A DNA stretch of 32,000 nucleotides, taken from NCBI RefSeq assembly GCF_029222705.1, contig NZ_JARGZF010000001.1, positions 88,437-120,436 of the forward strand. The letters are read 5' to 3'. The position numbers and the translations under genes were made by a program. The stretch is from Knoellia sp. p5-6-4 (lineage in GTDB: Bacteria > Actinomycetota > Actinomycetes > Actinomycetales > Dermatophilaceae). Position 1 is the stretch's first letter; each line of letters begins with the position of its first letter. Below, piece by piece: positions 24,173 to 32,000 of this stretch. The notes under the pieces were generated by a model. It was given only the letters and a program-made list of their open reading frames with translations. It did no database searches and had not been told where the DNA came from.

Positions 24173-24994
24173 TCAGGGCCGAACGTCCCCCAGATCGAGT
24201 TCAGGTTCGATGCGCGCCCAGACCAGCTTGCCGCCGTCGCCGGTCGGCAGCGCCCCGCAGGCCTGCGACAGCGCCTCGACCACGACGAGCCCTCGACCGT
24301 TGAGCGAGTCGTGGTCGGCGTCGACGGTGGCCGGTGCGTCGCGGGCCTGGTCGCGCACCCCCACCCGCACCATCGCCACCCCGTCGCTGACCAGCACCAC
24401 GCGGACCTGCTCGGCCGTGTGCTGCACCGCGTTCGCGGCCAGCTCACTGACCACGAGGGCGCCGGCATCCGCGCAGGGGGCGACGTGCCACTCCTCGCAG
24501 GTGCGAGCGAGGAACCGACGGGCTGCCCCCACCGAGGCGGGGTGCCGCGGCAGGGCCAGTTCGGCCCGGAGCAGGTGTGGTCCGTCGGCGACCAGGGCGG
24601 TGGCAGCCAGCATCGAGGACGCGAACGCCAGGCGTGACGTCCCGAGCCGCTCCCGCAGCGCCTCCCGCACCTGCGCGTTCCCACAGGCCACCACGACAGG
24701 CGTCTCGGGCCAGGCGTCGGCGTGCCGGGTCAGGGGCGACAGCGAGGCGACCGAGGTGTCGGTGAGCTCGTCCATCCCGTCCGGCAGCACGAGCACGACA
24801 CCGTCGGGGCACTCCGCGAGCGCGGTCTGGACGGCGTGGTCGACGTCGTCGCCGAGGTCCTCGAGGGGCGCGTCGGCCTCCACGATCCAGACGTCGCCAA
24901 AGGGGTAGACCCTCAGGCCGCCGGCTCGGCCGACGGTCGCCGGTGCCGCCCAGTTCGCACCGGCCCACGAGCGTCGCGCACCCTTGCCACTCAT
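24173..24994 (-). CDS. Fusion protein: STAS-like domain + RsbW-type HATPase_c kinase domain (paralog 2)
   Basis: 273 aa. Sequence: MSGKGARRSWAGANWAAPA...VWIVEADAPLEDLGDDVDHAVQTALAECPDGVVLVL...PVVVACGN...ARRFLARTCEEW...LVVSELAANAVQHT...VRVGVRDQA...GRGLVVVEALS. It is collinear with 5118..6005. Confidence 0.75.
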   Translation of the reverse strand: MSGKGARRSWAGANWAAPATVGRAGGLRVYPFGDVWIVEADAPLEDLGDDVDHAVQTALAECPDGVVLVLPDGMDELTDTSVASLSPLTRHADAWPETPVVVACGNAQVREALRERLGTSRLAFASSMLAATALVADGPHLLRAELALPRHPASVGAARRFLARTCEEWHVAPCADAGALVVSELAANAVQHTAEQVRVVLVSDGVAMVRVGVRDQARDAPATVDADHDSLNGRGLVVVEALSQACGALPTGDGGKLVWARIEPELDLGDVRP

Positions 24995-25139
24995 CGAATC
25001 CCATCTCGCAGCCTTGCCCTGCCGCCTCGAACGCTACTCCCGACCCGAGATGTCCGCCCGGGATAGCGCCGCCGGTGGCAGAGTGGGCGGTGCGACCACG
25101 GGCTCGCCCGTGTGCGGACCGAGGCACGGGGAAGGGAGC

Positions 25140-27968
25140 ATGGAGACCTCCACGACCCAGTCCGACCCCTCCCTGCTCGAGGCCTCGTCCGTGGCGAGCG
25201 AGCTGGGCTCGGACCCCGCGACCGGGCTCAGCCCCCAGGAGGCGGCTGCGCGTCTGGCCAGCGTGGGGCCCAACGAGATCGCGTCCGCTCCCCCGGTGCC
25301 CGCCTGGCGCCGCTTCCTCGAGCACTTCCGCGACCCGCTGGTCTACCTGCTCCTCGCCGCGATCGTCGTCTCGCTCGTCGCGTGGGCGTTCGAGGGCGCC
25401 GAGGGGCTGCCGTTCGACGCGATCGTCATCGCGGTCATCGTCGTGCTCAACGCGGTGCTCGGGCACCTCCAGCAGGCGCGGGCCGAGCACGCGGTCGAGG
25501 CGCTGCAGCGGATGAGCGCGACCACCGCCACGGTGGTGCGCGGCGGGGCGCAGGTGCGGGTGCCCACCCGCGAGCTCGTGCCCGGCGACATCCTCCTGCT
25601 GGCCGAGGGCGACACCGTCGCTGCCGACGCCCGGCTTCTGAGCGCCTCGACCTTGAAGGTCTCCGAGGCCTCGCTCACCGGGGAGAGCGAAGCGGTGCTG
25701 AAGGATGCCGCGCCGCTGCGCGCCCCCGCCGCACTGGGCGACCGGCTCAACATGGTGTTCAACGGCACGGCGGTCAGCCAGGGAGTGGGACGCGCCGTGG
25801 TCACCGACACGGGCATGGCCACCCAGATGGGGCAGGTCGCCGACCTGCTGCACGTTACCAGGGAGGACCCCACCCCCCTGCAGCGGGAGATCGCCCGGGT
25901 GGGCCGGATGCTCGGCACCGCGGTCGTCGTCATCGCCCTGGTCGTCATGACCACGGTGTTCCTCTTCTTCGGCGTCGAGAGCGCCGACGACGTCGTCACC
26001 ACCCTGCTGCTCGGGGTGTCCCTCGCCGTCGCCGCCGTGCCCGAGGGGCTCCCCGCAGTGTTGTCCGTGGTGCTCGCCCTCGGGGTGCAGCGCATGGCCG
26101 CGCACCACGCCATCGTCAAGAAGCTGTCCTCGGTCGAGACGCTGGGGTCGGCCTCGGTGATCTGCTCCGACAAGACCGGCACCCTGACCAAGGGCGAGAT
26201 GACAATCGGCCGGGTCGTCACCCCGCTGGGTGAGGTCAGTGTGACCGGGGCGGGGTACCGGCCGGAGGGGGACCTCCTCCACGACGGCGCCGATCTCGAG
26301 GAGCACGACCCGCTGTGGCTCGCCACGGCATACGTGCTCACCGGCGGCTGCCTGGCCAACAACGCGGTCCTGCAGCAGGAGGCGAACGGTGACTGGGCCA
26401 TCCAGGGCGATCCCACGGAGGCGGCGTTCCTGGTGGCGGAGGCCAAGCTCGGCACCCACCAACGGCGGGCGGCCCGGTTCAGCCGGGTGGCCGAGATCCC
26501 GTTCACCTCCGAGCGCAAGCTCATGACCAGCCTGCACGCGGACGCCTCCCGCGACGGCATGATCGCCGTGGTCACCAAGGGCGCACCCGACGTGCTCCTC
26601 GACCGGTGCACGCGGATCCAGGTGGGCGGCGACGTGGAGCCGCTGGACGCGGGGTGGCGCGCGCGGGTCCTCGACGACGTGGAACGCCTGTCGGGAGAGG
26701 CGTTCCGCACCCTCGCCGTGGCCTACCAACCCCTCGAGGTGACGGCGACCCCCGCCCTCGAGGAGTCCCTCGAGCACGGCCTCGTCTACGCCGGCATGGT
26801 GGGCATCATCGACCCACCGCGCCCCGAGGCCGCCGCCGCGGTCGGGGAGGCCCACCGGGCAGGGATCAGGGTCGTGATGATCACCGGTGACCACCCCCGC
26901 ACCGCGGCAAGGATCGCCCGAGACCTCGGGGTGGTCTCGTCAGCGGAGTCGCTGGCCGTCACGGGCACCGAGCTCGACGCGCTCGACGACAAGGGCTTCC
27001 GGGCCGCGGCCCGGGAGCGCAACGTCTACGCCCGCGTGACGCCGCGCCACAAGCTGCGCATCGTCGACGCCCTGCAGGCCGAGGGCCAGGTGGTCGCGAT
27101 GACCGGTGACGGTGTCAACGACGCACCTGCCCTGAAGTCGGCCGACATCGGGATCGCGATGGGCCAGACCGGCACTGAGGTCACCAAGGAAGCCGCGAAG
27201 ATGATCCTCGCCGACGACAACTTCGCGACGATCGTCCGCGCGGTCCGGGAGGGCCGCGACATCTTCCTCAACATCAGGAAGTTCCTGCGCTACCTGCTGT
27301 CGTCCAACATGGGCGAGGTCATGACGGTCTTCCTCGGCGTCGTGCTGGCCGGCGTCATCGGCCTCTCGCGGGGTGACGGCGCCGTCGTGCTGCCGCTGCT
27401 GGCGACGCAGATCCTCTGGATCAACCTGCTCACCGACAGCGCGCCGGCCCTGGCGATGGGCATGGACGCCGAGACCGAGGACGTCATGAGCCGGCCCCCG
27501 CGCACCCTCGAGGAGCGGGTCATCGACCGCCGGATGTGGGGCGGGGTGCTCTTCATCGGCCTGGTGATGGCGCTGGCCTCCCTCGCCGCGATCGACCTCT
27601 ACCTGCCGGAGGGCCTCCTCGCGGGGACCCACGACCTCGACAACGCGCGCACCGCGGGCTTCACCGTGCTGGTCCTGGCGCAGCTGTTCAACGCGTTCAA
27701 CGCACGGTCGGAGACGGGCACGGCGTTCCACCGCCTCTTCGCCAACCGCTGGCTGTGGGGTGCGGTGGCCCTGTCGGCGGCGCTGCAGGTGGCCGTGGTG
27801 CACCTGCCCGTGCTGAACCGCGCCTTCGGCACCGTGCCGCTGGCCCCCGGGCAGTGGGTGGCCTGTGTCGGGCTCGCCAGCACGGTGCTGTGGGCCGGCG
27901 AGCTGCGCAAGCTGGTGCTGCGCCTGACCGCACCGTCGGGCCGGGGTGGGGTCAGGTCAGCGGGATGA
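25140..27968 (+). CDS. P2-type (SERCA/CtpF-like, probable Ca2+/cation) P-type ATPase
   Basis: ATG 25140 after GGGGAAGGGAG. Motifs: TGES, PEGLP (M4), DKTGTLT, KGAPD, MITGDH, TGDGVNDAPAL. 942 aa with about 10 TM helices. Confidence 0.9.
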   Translation: METSTTQSDPSLLEASSVASELGSDPATGLSPQEAAARLASVGPNEIASAPPVPAWRRFLEHFRDPLVYLLLAAIVVSLVAWAFEGAEGLPFDAIVIAVIVVLNAVLGHLQQARAEHAVEALQRMSATTATVVRGGAQVRVPTRELVPGDILLLAEGDTVAADARLLSASTLKVSEASLTGESEAVLKDAAPLRAPAALGDRLNMVFNGTAVSQGVGRAVVTDTGMATQMGQVADLLHVTREDPTPLQREIARVGRMLGTAVVVIALVVMTTVFLFFGVESADDVVTTLLLGVSLAVAAVPEGLPAVLSVVLALGVQRMAAHHAIVKKLSSVETLGSASVICSDKTGTLTKGEMTIGRVVTPLGEVSVTGAGYRPEGDLLHDGADLEEHDPLWLATAYVLTGGCLANNAVLQQEANGDWAIQGDPTEAAFLVAEAKLGTHQRRAARFSRVAEIPFTSERKLMTSLHADASRDGMIAVVTKGAPDVLLDRCTRIQVGGDVEPLDAGWRARVLDDVERLSGEAFRTLAVAYQPLEVTATPALEESLEHGLVYAGMVGIIDPPRPEAAAAVGEAHRAGIRVVMITGDHPRTAARIARDLGVVSSAESLAVTGTELDALDDKGFRAAARERNVYARVTPRHKLRIVDALQAEGQVVAMTGDGVNDAPALKSADIGIAMGQTGTEVTKEAAKMILADDNFATIVRAVREGRDIFLNIRKFLRYLLSSNMGEVMTVFLGVVLAGVIGLSRGDGAVVLPLLATQILWINLLTDSAPALAMGMDAETEDVMSRPPRTLEERVIDRRMWGGVLFIGLVMALASLAAIDLYLPEGLLAGTHDLDNARTAGFTVLVLAQLFNAFNARSETGTAFHRLFANRWLWGAVALSAALQVAVVHLPVLNRAFGTVPLAPGQWVACVGLASTVLWAGELRKLVLRLTAPSGRGGVRSAG

Positions 27969-28410
27969 CGAGCTCGGTGCGCAGGTCCTCCGGCGGGCAG
28001 CTGCGCGGGTCGGTCACGTAGACCTCCCGCGGCGGCCCGCTCGGCCGGCGGCCGCTGTCCCCCACCCACTGCGTCAACGTCTGCCACGAGGCTGCCAGGC
28101 CGTCGTAGGGGCCGCGGTGCACGAGGGTCGCCCCCTCCCCCTCGGGCAGCTCGCGCGCCTCGATGTCCTGTGCCCCCACTGGGCCCGTCCCCACGGGGAC
28201 GCACACCTCGATGGGGAACTCCCCGTCGGGCGCCCCCAGGTAGAGCACGAACGGCGGGCCGCTGGGCTGCACCCCCGAGTCCGACAGGTGCTGCCAGAGC
28301 GCGCCGAACGCACTGTCCATCCCCGTCGCGATCGACGCGAGAGTCACCTCGCGCCGCACGACCAGCACGTGCTGCGAGGGCAGCGTCGTCACGTGCACCT
28401 GCTCGTCCAT
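27952..28410 (-). CDS. GyrI-like small-molecule-binding domain protein
   Basis: 152 aa with the pattern ...VVRREVTLASIATGMDSAFGALWQHL...GPPFVLY...EVCVPV...LPEGEGATLVHRGPYDGLAASWQTL..W. GAGGAG lies 5 nt upstream of ATG 28410. It overlaps the convergent ATPase 3' end by 17 nt. Confidence 0.65.
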   Translation of the reverse strand: MDEQVHVTTLPSQHVLVVRREVTLASIATGMDSAFGALWQHLSDSGVQPSGPPFVLYLGAPDGEFPIEVCVPVGTGPVGAQDIEARELPEGEGATLVHRGPYDGLAASWQTLTQWVGDSGRRPSGPPREVYVTDPRSCPPEDLRTELVIPLT

Positions 28411-28462
28411 GCATCTCCTCGGGAGTTCGTCGGCACGACCCCAGCCGCGCCGACGGGCACGC

Positions 28463-29632
28463 TCAGGTCGCCAGCGGGTAGTGCGGGTGGACCGGCGAAC
28501 GGCCCTGGAACGACAGGATCGCAGGGTTCTGGACCACCCCGTCGCGGATCTCGATCGCCCGGCGCACCGTCGGGTGCTCCTCCCAGGCGTCGCTGCCGCC
28601 GAGCACGTGCCCGAGGAACGGCAGCAGCGCCTCGCTGATCTCCCACGTCGCCGAGCTCCACAGGTAGGACGGGCTGTGGTCGACCGCGTAGTAGAGGACC
28701 CCGTCGCCCACTTCGAAGACGGGGTCGGCGAACGTCGTGGGCCGTGCCCAGCTGAACCCCATGCCCTCGTCGCACGAGACGTCGACGACCAGGGTGCCTC
28801 GCCGCACGGCCGGCAGGTCCTCCTCGGTGAGGAACACGGCAGGGCGGTCGGTGTCCTGCAGCACGCAGTTGACGACGATGTCGTGCTCGGCGAGGAAGGA
28901 CGCCAGCGGCACCGGTCCCCGATCGGTGACGGCGTGGCTCATGTGCTCCTCGGTCCGGTCGTCGAAGTGCACGATGCGCGCGGTGTGGATGGGGGCTGCG
29001 ACGGCAGCCACCTGCCGGTGGGTCAGCACGTCGACGTCGAAGATGCCGAGGCCGTTCAGGGCGGTCACGGCCCCGCGTGCGGTGGCGCCGAACCCGATGA
29101 CCGCTGCCCTCAGCTTGCGGCCGAAGTCGCCCGTCACCCCAGCGATCTGCATCGCGTGCAGCACCGAGCAGTAACCGGCCATCTCGTTGTTCTTGTGGAA
29201 GACGTGCAGGTTGAAGGAGCCGTCGCGGTTCCAGTGGTTCATGGCTTCGAAGGCGATGAGGGTGAGGCGCTTGTCGATGGCGAGCTGCGTGAGCTTCTCG
29301 TCCTGCACGCAGTGGGGCCAGCCCCAGAAGATCTGACCCGAGCGCATCTCGGCGAGGTCGCTGAGCACCGGCTTCGGCTGGAGGATGACGTCGCACTGCT
29401 CGATGAGCTCCGCCTTGGTCCGCAGGCCCGCCACGAGCTCGCGCAGCGCCTCGTCCGGCACCCCGAACCGCTCGCCGTAGCCCTGCTCGAGGAAGATGCG
29501 CTCCCTGAGATCGGGTGCGACGTGCCGCAGGTGCTGCGGGTGGATGGGCAGTCGGCGCTCATTCTCCTTCTGTGAGCGCGCCATGACGCCGAGCGTCAGG
29601 GGGTGTTCCCGTATGCCGTCCGCTGCCGTCAT
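28463..29632 (-). CDS. Alanine dehydrogenase/PNT-family enzyme, N5-(carboxyethyl)ornithine synthase-like
   Basis: ATG 29632 lies inside track ORF 28463..29833. The N-terminus LGVMARSQKENERRLPIHPQHL resembles the CEOS/AlaDH N-terminus. The NAD fold is AAVIGFGATARGAVTAL. Confidence 0.65.
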   Translation of the reverse strand: MTAADGIREHPLTLGVMARSQKENERRLPIHPQHLRHVAPDLRERIFLEQGYGERFGVPDEALRELVAGLRTKAELIEQCDVILQPKPVLSDLAEMRSGQIFWGWPHCVQDEKLTQLAIDKRLTLIAFEAMNHWNRDGSFNLHVFHKNNEMAGYCSVLHAMQIAGVTGDFGRKLRAAVIGFGATARGAVTALNGLGIFDVDVLTHRQVAAVAAPIHTARIVHFDDRTEEHMSHAVTDRGPVPLASFLAEHDIVVNCVLQDTDRPAVFLTEEDLPAVRRGTLVVDVSCDEGMGFSWARPTTFADPVFEVGDGVLYYAVDHSPSYLWSSATWEISEALLPFLGHVLGGSDAWEEHPTVRRAIEIRDGVVQNPAILSFQGRSPVHPHYPLAT

Positions 29633-29662
29633 CGTCAGACCGTCCTTTGCCGTGGTGCCCCG

Positions 29663-29688
29663 GCGGGTTCTCGCCGATGAGAACCCGC
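29663..29688. promoter_or_regulatory. Inverted repeat GGGTTCTC-N6-GAGAACCC (extendable to 10 bp per arm) in a divergent promoter region
   Basis: GGGTTCTC is at 29665-29672 and GAGAACCC at 29679-29686, with flanking C-G and G-C pairs. It lies 31 nt upstream of the CEOS-like start. A second small hairpin, CCTCC-N6-GGAGG (29690-29705), follows. Confidence 0.35.
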
Positions 29689-29831
29689 TCCTCCACCGTA
29701 GGAGGGCTCGAGGACCCGCTGTAGGGACTTCCGTCACCCCTGGATGGGCGTGCCGAAGCGGGCCACGAGGTTCCGGACCCTCCACACGTCCACAGCGCGC
29801 GTCGGATGGCATGTGAGTGCCACACTCAGCC

Positions 29832-30806
29832 ATGCTGCGCCTCCAGGACCAGTGGGTGTGGGACTCGTGGGTCGCCGACGACGGCGAGCGCTACCACCTC
29901 TTCTTCCTCCATGCCCCTCGCTCGCTGGGTGACCCCGCCCTGCGGCACACGCACGCCACGGTGGGGCACGCGGTCTCCGACGACCTCACGCGGTGGCAGC
30001 ACCTCGGCACTGCGCTGGGTCCTGCGCAGACGGGGTTCGACGACCTCGCCATCTGGACCGGGTCGGTCGTCCACGACGGCCGGCAGTGGCGGATGTTCTA
30101 CACGGCCATCTCCACCGCGGGTCACCACGTCTACGACCAGCGCATCGGCAGCGTGGTGTCCGACGACCTGCACACGTGGCACCGCTCCGCCGACCAGCCC
30201 GTGCTGCCGGTGGACCGGCGCTGGTACAAGACCCTCGACCTGGCACCACCGCCGACGACCGGCCCCCACCTCGAGGGCAGCAGCGAGACGTGGCGCGACC
30301 CCCTGGTGCTGGCCGACCCCGCCGGCGACGGCTGGCACATGCTGCTCACCGCCCGGGCGGTCGGAGGCGCCCGCAACGACGACGGGGTGGTCGGTCATGC
30401 CCGCAGCGACGACCTGGTCACCTGGCGGGCCGACCCTCCCCTGAGCCGGACCGGCAGCGGTTTCGGGCAGCTGGAGGTGCTGCAGAGCAAGGTCATCGAC
30501 GGCCGCTCCGTGCTGGTCTTCACCTGCCACCCGCAGGAGATGACGCAGGAGCGGCTGGTGAGGTCAGGCCACTACTGCACCTGGTCGGTGCCGAGCCCCA
30601 GCCCCGTGGGCCCCTTCGACATCGACCGGGCCCGGCCGTTCACCGCCGACCCCGACCTCTTCGCCGCTCCCCTGGTGCAGCGCCGCGACGGGAGCTGGGT
30701 CCTGGTCGGCTTCCACGACCTCGAACAGGCGGGCGGCGACGGCTTCGAGATCTGCGACCCGATCCCGGTCGGCCTCGACGACGACGGCTACCTCGTGGCG
30801 CGGTGA
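29832..30806 (+). CDS. Five-bladed beta-propeller glycoside hydrolase, GH32/GH68 (clan GH-J)-like, cytoplasmic
   Basis: Sequence: MLRLQDQWVWDSWVADDG (nucleophile-Asp motif WDSW), IWTGSV, ETWRDPLV (RDP motif), QLEVLQ. No signal peptide is visible. Confidence 0.6.
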   Translation: MLRLQDQWVWDSWVADDGERYHLFFLHAPRSLGDPALRHTHATVGHAVSDDLTRWQHLGTALGPAQTGFDDLAIWTGSVVHDGRQWRMFYTAISTAGHHVYDQRIGSVVSDDLHTWHRSADQPVLPVDRRWYKTLDLAPPPTTGPHLEGSSETWRDPLVLADPAGDGWHMLLTARAVGGARNDDGVVGHARSDDLVTWRADPPLSRTGSGFGQLEVLQSKVIDGRSVLVFTCHPQEMTQERLVRSGHYCTWSVPSPSPVGPFDIDRARPFTADPDLFAAPLVQRRDGSWVLVGFHDLEQAGGDGFEICDPIPVGLDDDGYLVAR

Positions 30807-30869
30807 CGGGCGGCGGCTGTGACGCGGCGGGAGGAGTGACGCGGCGAGAGCGGTGACGCAGCAGCTGCC
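30803..30869. repeat. Four degenerate tandem repeats of about 17 bp, each starting GTGACG
   Basis: Units start at 30803, 30819, 30836 and 30853: GTGACGGGCGGCGGCT / GTGACGCGGCGGGAGGA / GTGACGCGGCGAGAGCG / GTGACGCAGCAGCTGCC. They lie in the convergent spacer after the GH-J-like gene. Confidence 0.7.
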
Positions 30870-30882
30870 CCGCACGCCGGGC

Positions 30883-31713
30883 TCAGCCGCGCCGCCAGAC
30901 GTCCACGACCCGCGCACGCCCCGGGTGGCTTGGGTCGTCGACGATCTCGCGACCGTCGAGCCACGACCCGATCACGTGCGCCAGCTCGTCGGGATGGCTG
31001 AAGTTGAGGGCGTGTGCCGCCCCTTCGATGAGCACGACCGTGACGTGGCGCGGCGCCAGGCGCCCAACCTCCTGCACGCGGCGCGGCGGCGGCATCAGCG
31101 GGTCGCGGCTGCCGAGCACGGCAAGCGAGGGCACCGGGGTCTGCAGCAGCCGCTCGAGGGACGGGAACTGCGTGAGCTCGTGGAAGAGGCGCAGCGCGCT
31201 CAACGGGCCGAAGTGGAGGTAGTCGGGTACCGCGACACGGGCCATGCGGGGGCTCTCCCGGAGGGCGTCCGCGCCCAGCTGCACGAGCGCCCGCGCCAGG
31301 GGCTGGTTCTGGATGCCGCCGGCAGGAGAGACGAGCACGAGCCGGTGCACCCGCTCAGGAGCCGCATGCGCCACCTCGAGGGCGACCGGGCAGCCCATCG
31401 AGTTGCCGACCAGCACGACCTGTTCGAGGCCCAGCGCGTCGAGCACTTCCAGCAGAGCCTGCGCGAGCGAGGGAATGCCGAGGACGCTCTCCGGCTTGGC
31501 GCTGCGGCCGTAGCCGGGCAGGTCGGGCACCACGTTGACGCCGCGGGGTGCCAGCACCTGCGCGGTCGGCATCAGGTAGCGGCCCGAGATCCCGAAGCCG
31601 TGAACGTGGACGATGGGCGGGCGGTCCTCGACATCGGCGCTCCTGCGGTAGTACACAGGCCTCCCCGCCACCGCGACGGTGCCGTCGGCCCACCCCACGG
31701 GCAGGGGCCTCAC
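30883..31713 (-). CDS. Alpha/beta-fold hydrolase
   Basis: GTG 31713 overlaps the dedA-like stop as GTGA. It has VHVHGFGISG (oxyanion region), the nucleophile elbow VLVGNSMGCPVA, and a C-terminal GAAHALNFSHPDE (His). Confidence 0.8.
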   Translation of the reverse strand: MRPLPVGWADGTVAVAGRPVYYRRSADVEDRPPIVHVHGFGISGRYLMPTAQVLAPRGVNVVPDLPGYGRSAKPESVLGIPSLAQALLEVLDALGLEQVVLVGNSMGCPVALEVAHAAPERVHRLVLVSPAGGIQNQPLARALVQLGADALRESPRMARVAVPDYLHFGPLSALRLFHELTQFPSLERLLQTPVPSLAVLGSRDPLMPPPRRVQEVGRLAPRHVTVVLIEGAAHALNFSHPDELAHVIGSWLDGREIVDDPSHPGRARVVDVWRRG

Positions 31714-32000
31714 TCGACTTCGGCCGCGGCCGCGCCGCGCCGCGACCGCAGCACCAGGAAGATGACCGCGATGGCGACGGAGCTGATGCCTCCGGCGACG
31801 ACGACCGAGGCGAGCGGGTAGCCGGCCAGGACCGACGCCACGGCATACGCCAGCGTGCAGCTGACGACCGACCAGAGGGTCCCGCCGACGGCGGACCACA
31901 GCAGGAAGGTCCGGTAGGGCAGTCCGCTGAGCCCGCACGAGGCGTTCACGACGAACCGCAGGCCGGGTACGTAGCGACCGAAGGCCAGCATCACGGCAGC
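31710..32000 (-). CDS. DedA/SNARE-associated family membrane protein (N-terminus beyond the right edge)
   Basis: FGRYVPGLRFVVNASCGLSGLPYRTFLLWSAVGGTLWS is the conserved DedA core. The reading frame is open to position 32000. Confidence 0.7.
   Translation of the reverse strand, partial: AAVMLAFGRYVPGLRFVVNASCGLSGLPYRTFLLWSAVGGTLWSVVSCTLAYAVASVLAGYPLASVVVAGGISSVAIAVIFLVLRSRRGAAAAEVE

Noticed and set aside
1-32000. A search by eye for tRNA/rRNA signatures (such as GGTTCGA.TCC T-loops), CRISPR-like regular repeats, and transposase, integrase or phage genes, as well as toxin-antitoxin or known defence-system gene pairs.
   Set aside because: None was recognised. The window looks like core or accessory metabolic and regulatory chromosome rather than a mobile or defence island. 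A proper tRNAscan, Infernal or defence-finder run would be needed to exclude them formally.

Overview
Very GC-rich, GC3-dominated (actinobacterial-type) chromosomal segment that is densely coding. I call 33 protein genes. I found no rRNA, tRNA, CRISPR array, transposase or integrase. Many long ORFs in the track are antisense or out-of-frame shadows typical of high-GC DNA, and several true genes start well inside the listed ORFs. Blocks: (1) 1-4000, an srs/agq-like type III PKS phenolic-lipid cluster (PKS, membrane methyltransferase, FAD oxidoreductase, idi, divergent UbiA prenyltransferase). (2) 4.3-11.2 kb, mixed genes: a Gly-zipper/GGDF-repeat protein, STAS-like/RsbW-like kinase fusion no. 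1, a secreted Pro/Thr-rich HExxH protein, a small acidic protein, an ABM-like protein plus aromatic-ring FAD monooxygenase, and a secreted AbfB(beta-trefoil)-CHAP protein preceded by a lower-GC structured leader. (3) 11.3-15.25 kb, corA, a Cys-rich P-loop NTPase and a PAS-GAF-GAF-PP2C phosphatase. (4) 15.3-22.55 kb, a nine-gene, translationally coupled group 3b [NiFe]-hydrogenase operon: beta, an embedded cNMP-binding protein, gamma, small and large subunits, endopeptidase, hypC, an EamA transporter and a DUF6390-like protein whose C-terminal half looks HypC-like. (5) 22.7-25 kb, a MEDS/RsbW-like kinase divergent from the hydrogenase, a flavodoxin-like protein and STAS-like/kinase fusion no. 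2. (6) 25.1-32 kb, a P2-type cation ATPase, a GyrI-like protein, a CEOS/AlaDH-family enzyme, a GH32/68-like hydrolase, an alpha/beta hydrolase and DedA (partial). The strongest leads are the uncharacterised accessory genes hard-wired into the hydrogenase operon, the orphan partner-switching-type signalling proteins around it, and the prenylated phenolic-lipid cluster. All functional calls come from reading motifs by eye; no database search was possible.
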